A DNA stretch of 32,273 bases, taken from positions 1 through 32,273 of the forward strand of contig JAVVFP010000001.1 in the NCBI GenBank assembly GCA_032250495.1, given 5' to 3'. The notes under the pieces were generated by a model. That model worked only from the letters and a program-made list of their open reading frames with translations, searched no databases and was not told the origin of the DNA. The stretch comes from Bacteroidota bacterium. Lineage in GTDB: Bacteria; Bacteroidota; Ignavibacteria; SZUA-365. A program made the position numbers and the translations under genes. Shown here piece by piece: positions 1-7,244 of this stretch. Position 1 is the first letter of the stretch. Each line of letters begins with the position of its first letter.

Positions 1-1
1 C

Positions 2-1897
2 CTTACGGCGGCAATGCTGTGCGGCACCGCATCCCTGGTGGCACAGGAAGCGGTCGGGGATTCGACCGGTATACGGGACAGCCTCGCCACAGCGGGTCCG
101 GGATCGATCTCACTGGGTTTCGAGCGCAACGTCAACACCTTTCTCTGGGATTTCGGGGGAAATTATCGCTTCGAGGAAGGACCCTGGCAGATGACGGCGG
201 ACGAACGCTTTCAGCGGACACTCATCCGCACCGACCGCAGTACGGTCAAGGACGAACAGAGTTTCCGTCTCGATGCCATGCGCGAGCTGTCGAAGAATCT
301 CGCCGTGACCACTTCCTTCTCCTCCTTCATATTCTCCGACAATCGCGCACTCGCACTCAACGATCTTTCCACCAACAAGGCGCTGGCAGGCGTGCGATGG
401 TCACCGCTCGCCACACTGCAGGTCACACCGATGGCGGGGGTGAGCGTCGACAATCAGCAGGGCATAGAAGACCTCGGACTGATGTATGCCGGTAGCGCCA
501 CGCTGCACGACCTGGTGCTGGGACGCAACGTGGCACGCGCCGATCTGTACGCGTCGGCGGAGTATATCGATCCCCGCTTTCAATCCGAACAGCGCGGCAG
601 TGCGGATCTGCTCGCGAGCTTCGGCAATGAGAGCCTCAACCACACGCAGCTGACCATTCGGAACGTGCGGCGTGAATTCTATCTCGCGTACGATTCCACG
701 CTCGAAGCACAGACCGGTACCGGTCACCCGATTGAATCTCGGGACGAACGCATCGTCTCGCTCTCCAACACCCTGCGGTATCAGCTGTTGCGTCCCCTGG
801 ACCTGGTTGCCACCGTGGACCTGTCACAGCGTGACATTTCGCGCGCGCGCGCGGCTCGGCGCATAGACGACGAAAACCCCTTTTTCGACAACGACATCAG
901 TGAATTCCATCTCAACGGAAACCTCCAGTTGCGATATCACAATGGAGCAGGGACGCACGGCATGCTGCGCGTGGAAATCAATGAAAGGGACGAACAGCAC
1001 AGCATCTCTCCCTTCGAGGGCGCATCGAGCGTGAGCATCGCCCGCCAGGAACTGCTCGAGGAACAGAAGAACAACACAATACGACAGACGCAGCTCGCAC
1101 TGCAGCTGTCACAGGCCGTGAGTCGTCGTGACACGCTCTCGCTGTCCGCTTCGACGGTGAAAATGCAGTATGACACACCGAGCGACGAAAACTTCGACGA
1201 CCGCGACGAACTTTTCGTCCTCGCGGGCCTTCGCTGGGTGCACCGTTTCTCCCCGTATTTCCAGGCGTCCCTCAGCGGCGACGTCAACCTGCGGCACACG
1301 GTGTTCATTTTCGCAGAACGTAGTGCGAACAATACGTGGAACCGCGTCATTCGCCTCGCGCCTTCGACTGAGCTGCGCATCGGGCAGGGCGTGATCAGCC
1401 GCAACAGCGCGGAGATCGTGGCGAACTACACCGTGTATGATTTCGAAAGCGCGGCGGTCGCGCAGCGGAGTTATTCAATGCGGCAGCTCACGGTCAGTGA
1501 TTCCACCCTCGTACATCTCGGAGCGGACTTCTGGGCCGAGATGCAACTGCATGTCCGCGTCTACGAACGCGGGGAACTGCGCTGGACGGCTTTCACCGTG
1601 CGGCCCGTACAGTTCTTCGATGAGCGCACGATGTCGCTCTCGCTGCTCTGCCTGCGCGGCGATGTTCGCGCCACCGCCGGGTTCCGACTTTTCGAGCAGC
1701 GACGCTATCGCTACGAGGGAATAGAACGTACGCGAAGCGGGCTGCTACGCAGCTACGGTCCCACGGCGAGCCTGCGCTTTCATCTGTCGGGAATGGCGGA
1801 TATCATTGCGGAGGGGTGGTATCAACTCACCTCCGAGGGCAGCGGGGCGACCCGTACGACGCCGAACCTCTCGCTGCGTCTTCTCTGGAATCTGTGA
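2..1897 (+). CDS. hypothetical secreted / putative outer-membrane protein, 5' end cut by the window edge
   Basis: The frame is open from nt 2, with no stop before the ATG at 14. The first residues ..LTAAMLCGTASLVAQE look like the end of a signal peptide. The product exceeds 627 aa, has no long hydrophobic helix, and ends in amphipathic strand-like segments (..LSLRLLWNL). No family motif was recognised. Confidence 0.6.
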   Translation, partial: LTAAMLCGTASLVAQEAVGDSTGIRDSLATAGPGSISLGFERNVNTFLWDFGGNYRFEEGPWQMTADERFQRTLIRTDRSTVKDEQSFRLDAMRELSKNLAVTTSFSSFIFSDNRALALNDLSTNKALAGVRWSPLATLQVTPMAGVSVDNQQGIEDLGLMYAGSATLHDLVLGRNVARADLYASAEYIDPRFQSEQRGSADLLASFGNESLNHTQLTIRNVRREFYLAYDSTLEAQTGTGHPIESRDERIVSLSNTLRYQLLRPLDLVATVDLSQRDISRARAARRIDDENPFFDNDISEFHLNGNLQLRYHNGAGTHGMLRVEINERDEQHSISPFEGASSVSIARQELLEEQKNNTIRQTQLALQLSQAVSRRDTLSLSASTVKMQYDTPSDENFDDRDELFVLAGLRWVHRFSPYFQASLSGDVNLRHTVFIFAERSANNTWNRVIRLAPSTELRIGQGVISRNSAEIVANYTVYDFESAAVAQRSYSMRQLTVSDSTLVHLGADFWAEMQLHVRVYERGELRWTAFTVRPVQFFDERTMSLSLLCLRGDVRATAGFRLFEQRRYRYEGIERTRSGLLRSYGPTASLRFHLSGMADIIAEGWYQLTSEGSGATRTTPNLSLRLLWNL

Positions 1898-1959
1898 GCA
1901 GGATTTTCTACTTTACCTGAAAGCATCCCATCCAGGAGGGTTCCGATCTGAGCAAAGCC

Positions 1960-2373
1960 TTGATGACAAAGTCCATCAGCATCCCCAGTGTCCGCACCAA
2001 CATCAGCCTGGTCGAAGCATTCATCCTCGAGATACACGACGCGGTTTCACTGGAAGAATCCGTCCTCGACCGTATCATGATTTCCATCACCGAGGTTGTC
2101 AACAACGGGATCATACACGGCAACCAGGCCGATCCCGACAAGCAGGTGCATGTATCCTGCAGCTGCTATGATGACCGTGTCGATTTCGTGATCCGCGACG
2201 AAGGCACCGGTTTTCGTCCGGAGGACATTCCCGACCCGCTCGCAGAACCCAACCTGCTCAAGGAGGGCGGCCGCGGCGTACTGATCGTCCGTTCCATGAT
2301 GGACCGGGTCGATTTCCGCCACACAGAACGCGGCATGGAAGTGCATTTATCCATCCGACGCTCCGAGGACTGA
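1960..2373 (+). CDS. RsbW/SpoIIAB-type anti-sigma factor serine kinase (GHKL/HATPase_c fold)
   Basis: The N-box-like ITEVVNNGIIHG, G1-like RDEGTGF and G2-like EGGRGVLIV motifs lie in a 137-aa protein, the typical size and layout of anti-sigma regulatory kinases. The start is TTG 1960 or ATG 1963. Confidence 0.75.
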   Translation: MMTKSISIPSVRTNISLVEAFILEIHDAVSLEESVLDRIMISITEVVNNGIIHGNQADPDKQVHVSCSCYDDRVDFVIRDEGTGFRPEDIPDPLAEPNLLKEGGRGVLIVRSMMDRVDFRHTERGMEVHLSIRRSED

Positions 2374-2410
2374 GTCCCCCTCCCATCTTCACCGACCACA
2401 GGAAAAGTAC

Positions 2411-3442
2411 ATGCCCCACCGTCCCTATGTGCCCGGAGACGAAACCCGTCTCATGACCATACAGCGCTTCATCGCCCAGGAAGAACGCATGCATCCCGGG
2501 GCCACCGGAGAATTTTCCACGCTTCTCCGCAACCTTGCACTCGCCGTGAAAATCGTATCCCGTGAAGTCCGGCGTGCGGGACTTGTGGATATTCTCGGCC
2601 GCGCTGAGAGCACGAATCCGAGCGGTGAAGACGTAAAGAAACTCGATGTGTTCGCAAATCACATGATCATCAACGCCCTGGAGAGCGGCGGACAGCTTTG
2701 TGTTATGGCCTCGGAAGAAAACGAATCCATCATCCCCATACCCGAGGAATTTCCCTGTGGCAAGTACGCGATGCTCTTCGATCCCCTGGACGGGTCCTCG
2801 AATATCGAAGCCAATGTCACCATCGGCACCGTGTTCTCCATTTTCCGCCGTGTGAGCGAAGGCTGCCGCGGTACGGAAGCGGACGTGGTGCAGCCGGGAC
2901 TCAAGCAGATTGCCGCGGGTTATGTGATGTACGGATCCAGCACCATCCTCGTGTTCACCACCGGTAACCGTGTGCAGGGCTTCACGCTCGATCCTACCAT
3001 CGGATCCTTCCTTCTGTCGCATCCAGACATGACCATCCCTTCCCGCGGCAGTATATACAGCGTCAACGAGGGAAACCGTCTGCAGTGGGACGAAGGTTTC
3101 CTGCGCTATATCGCATACCTGCAGTCCCACGACACGACACTCGGGAAACCGTACAGGGCCCGCTATGTCGGATCCATGATCGCCGACGTGCACAGGACGC
3201 TGCTCTATGGCGGCATCTTTGCCTACCCGGCGGACAGCACCAATGGACACGGGAAACTCCGTCTCATGTATGAAGCAAATCCCATGGCGTTTATCATCGA
3301 GCAGGCGGGGGGACGCGCCACCGACGGTACCAGGCGTCTCCTGGAGATCGTACCGACAGATGTACATCAGCGCGTGCCCGTGTTTCTCGGCAGCACCGAA
3401 GATGTGCGCGAGGCGGAAGATTTCATCGCAGGACGCCGCTGA
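2411..3442 (+). CDS. fbp: fructose-1,6-bisphosphatase class 1
   Basis: Class I FBPase hallmarks are present: TIQRFI..EE, GEFSTLL, DPLDGSSNIEANV.IGT.FSI, YVGSM.AD.HR.L..GGIF.YP and YEANPMAFIIEQAGG.A.DG. The alternative start at Met15 (2453) is not excluded. Confidence 0.95.
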   Translation: MPHRPYVPGDETRLMTIQRFIAQEERMHPGATGEFSTLLRNLALAVKIVSREVRRAGLVDILGRAESTNPSGEDVKKLDVFANHMIINALESGGQLCVMASEENESIIPIPEEFPCGKYAMLFDPLDGSSNIEANVTIGTVFSIFRRVSEGCRGTEADVVQPGLKQIAAGYVMYGSSTILVFTTGNRVQGFTLDPTIGSFLLSHPDMTIPSRGSIYSVNEGNRLQWDEGFLRYIAYLQSHDTTLGKPYRARYVGSMIADVHRTLLYGGIFAYPADSTNGHGKLRLMYEANPMAFIIEQAGGRATDGTRRLLEIVPTDVHQRVPVFLGSTEDVREAEDFIAGRR

Positions 3443-3457
3443 CAGGGGCGCAGCCAA

Positions 3458-4228
3458 ATGAGGATCTCGCTCACCACCCTGTCGCTCGCCGTTCTGCTCC
3501 TGGCCGTCCATCCGGCGCAGGCGCAGCGATCCGCGGGAGACCGCGCCAACATCGACCCGCTGTTTCTTGTCGATATGCCTGTCGCCGGCATTCTTCCGGC
3601 GACCTCCGGTTCGGTGGAGACCTATCTCTATCCTGACGGCGGCGTTCTCGCAACCTTCACCTACGGTTTGATCACCAACCTCAATGTCGGCGTCGCTTTT
3701 GGCGGAACCCGCCTGATCGGCAGCGGCGGAATTACCTGGAACAATCTCCCGGGGGTGAACGTGCGCTTCCGCGCCATGGAGGAAAGCATGCGCAAGCCGG
3801 CCATTGTCGTGGGTTTCGATTCACAGGGTCATGATGGATGGTTGAAGGGCGCGCGGCAGTACGTGATGAAGTCACCAGGCTTTTTCGTCACCGCCAGCAA
3901 AAATTACCAGCTGCTCGGTACCATCAGCTTTCACGGAGGTGCCAACTATACGCTCGAACGTCATGACGGGGATATGGATCCGAACATTTTCCTCGGCGCC
4001 GAGAAATCCCTCGGCCCCATAACCTCCCTGTTGCTGGAATACAATTTCGCGTTCGACAATGACAGGGATCAGCGTGGCATCTTCAACGGAGCGCTCGGAG
4101 CCGGGGTTCGCGTTTCCACGAATATCGGTTTCAACCTGGATGTGCTCTTCAAAAACCTCCTCACCTCGGATTTCGCCTACGACAAGATTATCCGTGCCGT
4201 TCGGCTGCAATACGTACGATATCTCTAG
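3458..4228 (+). CDS. hypothetical secreted protein, probable small outer-membrane beta-barrel
   Basis: It has a clear signal peptide (MRISLTTLSLAVLLLAVHPAQAQ), an alternating hydrophobic/polar pattern, and a C-terminus ..RLQYVRYL. It starts 15 nt after the fbp stop. No family was recognised. Confidence 0.65.
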   Translation: MRISLTTLSLAVLLLAVHPAQAQRSAGDRANIDPLFLVDMPVAGILPATSGSVETYLYPDGGVLATFTYGLITNLNVGVAFGGTRLIGSGGITWNNLPGVNVRFRAMEESMRKPAIVVGFDSQGHDGWLKGARQYVMKSPGFFVTASKNYQLLGTISFHGGANYTLERHDGDMDPNIFLGAEKSLGPITSLLLEYNFAFDNDRDQRGIFNGALGAGVRVSTNIGFNLDVLFKNLLTSDFAYDKIIRAVRLQYVRYL

Positions 4229-4420
4229 CGTTGTCCATTATTTCGCACAGATATCGTCCTCTCTGGAGGTCACTTCGCATCCCCTTTCCCGGACACATAA
4301 AAAGAAGTAGCTTTTATGCAGCGGACAGAGCCATTTTCTCCCCCTGTCTGGGTGACAATTACGGCATGAAATTTGTTTCCTACTATAGTAGAGAAAACAT
4401 CGAAACCGATGAGGTGTGTC

Positions 4421-5422
4421 ATGAAACGATCAAATAACCTGCTACTCGCGCTCGCATCCGTCGTGCTGCTTGTCGGAACCTCCGGCTGCTACACACAGAT
4501 CGCCGTACGCGACGACTATCCCCGATACGAAGAATACGACTACGCGGACTACTCCGAGACCTATGAAGACACGCTCGGAAATGTCGTCACAAACAACTAC
4601 TACTACGACAGTTATCCCCGCACGTCGGCATATTTCGATTTTTACTACCCGGTGCGCTGGGGTTCCTACTGGTCCATGCATTATGATCCCTGGTACAGCT
4701 ACTACAGTCCTCCGTACTGGGGCTACTACAATCATTACTGGGATCCCTTCTGGTACGGACACTCCCCGTACTGGCATCGTCCTTACTACTATCCGCACAG
4801 CTGGGCCTATTACGGAAGCGGCGGGGGCGGCGGCTACTATTATGGTGGCGCCGTGCTCACAACGCGCCACACCGGTTCCCGCGTGCGCACCACCGGTGTG
4901 ACCCGCAGTATCAGCTCCAGGTCACGCTCAGTGGGAGCGACGCGCTCTGCAACCACGCGCTCGCGCGTTTCCCGTGTGACTGACGATGGACGCAGTTCCG
5001 TACGCTCCTCGACCACACGCAGTGGAAGCTACGAGCGTCTCAACAGGAGCTCGCGCGAATCGATCAACAGCACGCGTTCGCAGTCCGGCTCACGCTCCAC
5101 CTACGAGCGTGCACGAAGCAGTTCCGGCAGCTCGCGCGAATCGACACGCTCGCGGTCGAGTTCCGGCAGCTCGCGCGAATCGACGCGCTCAGGGTCGAGT
5201 TCCGGCAGCTCGCGCGAATCGACACGTTCGTCCACCCCGCGCTCGCGCAGCTCTTCGGGCAGCGGACGAAGCTACACACCGTCATCGCGTTCGGGAAGCA
5301 GTTCCTCGGGCAGCGGGCGGAGTTATTCACCACCCTCGCGCAGCTCCAGCGGAAGCAGTGGTCGTTCGTCCTCCGGCGGCAGCCGTTCGTCGAGCGGCGG
5401 CAGTCGCAGCCGTTCACGCTGA
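4421..5422 (+). CDS. lipoprotein with a Tyr/Trp-rich segment and an Arg/Ser-rich low-complexity tail
   Basis: MKRSNNLLLALASVVLLVGTSGC is a signal peptide with a lipobox-like TSGC. GAGG lies 6 nt upstream of ATG 4421; the ORF track's longer start at 4373 is TTG. GC-rich third codon positions support this frame over the overlapping alternative-frame ORFs. Confidence 0.75.
   Translation: MKRSNNLLLALASVVLLVGTSGCYTQIAVRDDYPRYEEYDYADYSETYEDTLGNVVTNNYYYDSYPRTSAYFDFYYPVRWGSYWSMHYDPWYSYYSPPYWGYYNHYWDPFWYGHSPYWHRPYYYPHSWAYYGSGGGGGYYYGGAVLTTRHTGSRVRTTGVTRSISSRSRSVGATRSATTRSRVSRVTDDGRSSVRSSTTRSGSYERLNRSSRESINSTRSQSGSRSTYERARSSSGSSRESTRSRSSSGSSRESTRSGSSSGSSRESTRSSTPRSRSSSGSGRSYTPSSRSGSSSSGSGRSYSPPSRSSSGSSGRSSSGGSRSSSGGSRSRSR
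5120..5236 (+). repeat. 3 x 39-bp in-frame tandem repeat inside the lipoprotein gene
   Basis: The units run 5120-5158, 5159-5197 and 5198-5236 and share agttccggcagctcgcgcgaatcgac(a/g)cg, encoding SSGSSRESTRS(R/G)S. Looser repeats follow: about 48 bp x 2 near 5250-5345 (SSSGSGRSY(T/S)P..SRS) and about 21 bp x 2 near 5350-5400 (GRSSSGGS/RSSSGGS). Confidence 0.9.
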
Positions 5423-5559
5423 TCGAGTGGAGAACCCCGATCGCACGAATGTGCGATGACAGAAGCTGCTCCGTCAATCGCTAGTAATGTTTCGAAGAGA
5501 AATTTGCACCCGTTCCGGATCTGACACACCTCGTCGGAATGGTTCATCAGGAGGTCACC

Positions 5560-7071
5560 ATGAAACGCGCAGTATCTTTGCTTTTCTTTTTTCTCATCGC
5601 CTGGTCCACGGAATCGCAGGCCCAGGTGATTGAAGACGCCCTGCGTCTCTCGCGGCCCGGTAGCATTGTCGGTACACGAAGTGCTGGCATGGGGAACGCG
5701 TTCATCGGACTCGCCAACGACGCGACGGCGTTGTACTGGAACCCGGCCGGACTCGGTCAGCTGCGCATGCGCGAGTTTTCTCTCGGACTTTCGAACAACG
5801 GAATGAGCAACGACGCCACGATGTTCAATATGACCACGAACGGGGACAACAGCGGGACGGTGCTCACCAATCTTAATTTCGCCGTTCCCTTTCCCGTGGT
5901 GCGCGGCAGCTTTGTTCTTGCCGCCGGGTACAACCGCCTCCTCGATTACAACGGCGCGATGATGGTGGATGTTTACAATCCCGAGAGCTCCATTCAGGCC
6001 TCGCTGTTCAACGACGACATCGATCTGGATTTCGCGTGGAATCTCGGACTCGAAGACGTGCTGGTCGATTCCCTTCTCGATGAAGGCCTGCCGGGCTGGC
6101 TCGCCATTCCTGTCGCCAACCGCGTGCAGCAGACCATTGACGTCGAGGAAGAAGGCGGACTCAACCAGTGGTCCGTCGGTGGGAGCACCGAGCTCGCCCG
6201 GGGAGTGATGGTCGGCGCCGCACTGAACGTGCTCAGCGGTTCTTACCGCTACGAGCGCCTTTTCGTCGAGCGCGACATCAACGGTGTCTGGCAGGGCTCG
6301 ATTCTCGGCATCAATCCGAACAGCGACGACTCTGATCTTCTCCGCACTGATTTCGAGGAACTGGAATTGCTCGAGGAGATTCAACAGGATCTTTCCGGCT
6401 GGAACATGCGCTTCGGTTTCCTTTACAATTACCGCGACAAGGCGCGTTTCGGCGTCTCGATACAGACGGCGAGCCGGATCACGGTCAACGAGGATTACTA
6501 CAAGTCGGGGAACAGCTACTTCGGCGACGGCTCCGGAGAAGGGTACGACCTCACATTCGAAAACCACAACTACGAGATCATCACGCCCGCGATTTACGGT
6601 TTCGGCGCTTCTGTCACGCCCGTGGAATTCGCCACGGTATCCGCGGATTTCGAGCTGGTCGATTTCTCCGAGATTGAATTCGATGCAAGCAACGACCTCG
6701 ACGCGCTCACGCTCAGTGATTTCAACCGTGACATCCGCAACACCTTCCGCGCCACGAATAACTTCCGCATCGGTGCTGAGTTTCTCGTTCCGAACACGGG
6801 ACTCGCTCTCCGCGGCGGATTCGGCTACCGCTATTCGCCGTACGAAGCCGACGAAGGGAAGAGTGAATACGACGTGACCTCGCTCTCCGCCGGACTCGGT
6901 TACCGCTTCGATAATAATTTCAGCATACAGGCTGCGTACGTGCACGCGAGTTACGAGACCTTTGCCTACAATTACATCGATCCGGATCTCGACGTACCTG
7001 AATCCGGCTTCCGCGTGGACCAGGAAATCACCCTGTCGCAGCTCATGTTCGGCGTGGTCTACCGCTTCTGA
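5560..7071 (+). CDS. outer-membrane beta-barrel protein, FadL/PorV-like (OMPP1/FadL/TodX superfamily-like)
   Basis: AGGAGG lies 6 nt upstream of ATG 5560. The signal peptide is MKRAVSLLFFFLIAWSTESQAQ. The N-terminal motif SAGMGNAFIGLANDATALYWNPAGLG is typical of FadL-like and PorV-like barrels, and the C-terminus ..MFGVVYRF ends in Phe, as in outer-membrane proteins. Confidence 0.6.
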   Translation: MKRAVSLLFFFLIAWSTESQAQVIEDALRLSRPGSIVGTRSAGMGNAFIGLANDATALYWNPAGLGQLRMREFSLGLSNNGMSNDATMFNMTTNGDNSGTVLTNLNFAVPFPVVRGSFVLAAGYNRLLDYNGAMMVDVYNPESSIQASLFNDDIDLDFAWNLGLEDVLVDSLLDEGLPGWLAIPVANRVQQTIDVEEEGGLNQWSVGGSTELARGVMVGAALNVLSGSYRYERLFVERDINGVWQGSILGINPNSDDSDLLRTDFEELELLEEIQQDLSGWNMRFGFLYNYRDKARFGVSIQTASRITVNEDYYKSGNSYFGDGSGEGYDLTFENHNYEIITPAIYGFGASVTPVEFATVSADFELVDFSEIEFDASNDLDALTLSDFNRDIRNTFRATNNFRIGAEFLVPNTGLALRGGFGYRYSPYEADEGKSEYDVTSLSAGLGYRFDNNFSIQAAYVHASYETFAYNYIDPDLDVPESGFRVDQEITLSQLMFGVVYRF

Positions 7072-7092
7072 CATATGACGATACACACCCCG

Positions 7093-7126
7093 ACCCCGCG
7101 GCTGCTTGCTGTCGCGGGGTTTTTTC
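7093..7126 (+). terminator. rho-independent terminator after the FadL-like gene
   Basis: An 8-bp GC stem, accccgcg (7093-7100) with cgcggggt (7113-7120), encloses a 12-nt loop and is followed by a T6 run. Confidence 0.8.
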
Positions 7127-7244
7127 TTGCTGATCCGCCAGCGGTGCCGCGCCATACCGGACCACTTCCTACGTTGCTTTATAATGCATGTCCCACTATA
7201 TTGCCTAGCTTGAATATCTGTTCTTTCTTCGTGGAGTATCAAAC

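Noticed and set aside
838-853. An alternating (GC)n run, gcgcgcgcgcgcgg, within the first ORF, with possible Z-DNA potential
   Set aside because: It is short, in frame (it encodes RARAAR) and expected at this GC content. Nothing suggests a function.
2258-3511. A 417-aa minus-strand ORF opposite fbp. Similar long antisense ORFs lie opposite argS (10745-11752 +), glnD (16234-17625 -, 15430-16047 -), mutB (20940-22229 -), ppiD (8106-8969 -, 7239-7985 -) and the acidic protein gene (29504-30592 -).
   Set aside because: Each overlaps a gene with unmistakable family motifs on the other strand. None shows a recognisable domain, signal or RBS. I interpret them as GC-driven absence of stop codons.
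4368-4375. An nAnnTTTG motif resembling the Bacteroidetes -7 promoter element (TAnnTTTG). It lies 28-55 nt upstream of several starts: gaaatttg at 4368-4375 and 5499-5506, ttgatttg at 28243-28250 and gagatttg at 29152-29159.
   Set aside because: The motif has only about 5 informative positions. None matches the full consensus, and I found no consistently spaced -33 TTTG. It is too likely to occur by chance in AT-richer intergenic DNA to call promoters without TSS data.
5120-5236. Regularly spaced direct repeats considered as a CRISPR array. The 11-bp repeats at 27009-27038 were considered on the same grounds.
   Set aside because: The repeats are directly tandem with no spacers and are in frame within a coding sequence (39-bp units), or far too short (11 bp). 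No cas genes are present.
5439-5456. A 7-bp hairpin (atcgcac-gaat-gtgcgat) after the lipoprotein stop codon, considered as a possible terminator
   Set aside because: The stem is weak and has no T tract. The strong terminator at 7093-7126 suggests that transcription continues into the FadL-like gene.
4986-5459. An alternative-frame 157-aa Arg/Ala/Pro-rich ORF and a minus-strand 137-aa ORF (5064-5477) within the SR-tail repeats
   Set aside because: They are by-products of the tandem repeats. The frame that continues from the lipoprotein signal peptide is uninterrupted and has GC-rich third codon positions.
7180-7185. A TATAAT hexamer upstream of ppiD
   Set aside because: No acceptable -35 element (ccggac at the 17-nt position) or extended -10 TG is present, so it is not supportable as a promoter from sequence alone.
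5323-7242. A 639-aa ORF on the minus strand that spans the entire FadL-like gene
   Set aside because: It is antisense to an ORF with a signal peptide, an RBS and an outer-membrane C-terminus. Its composition (Val/Glu/Arg/Gly/His-rich, no motifs) is typical of shadow ORFs in high-GC DNA.
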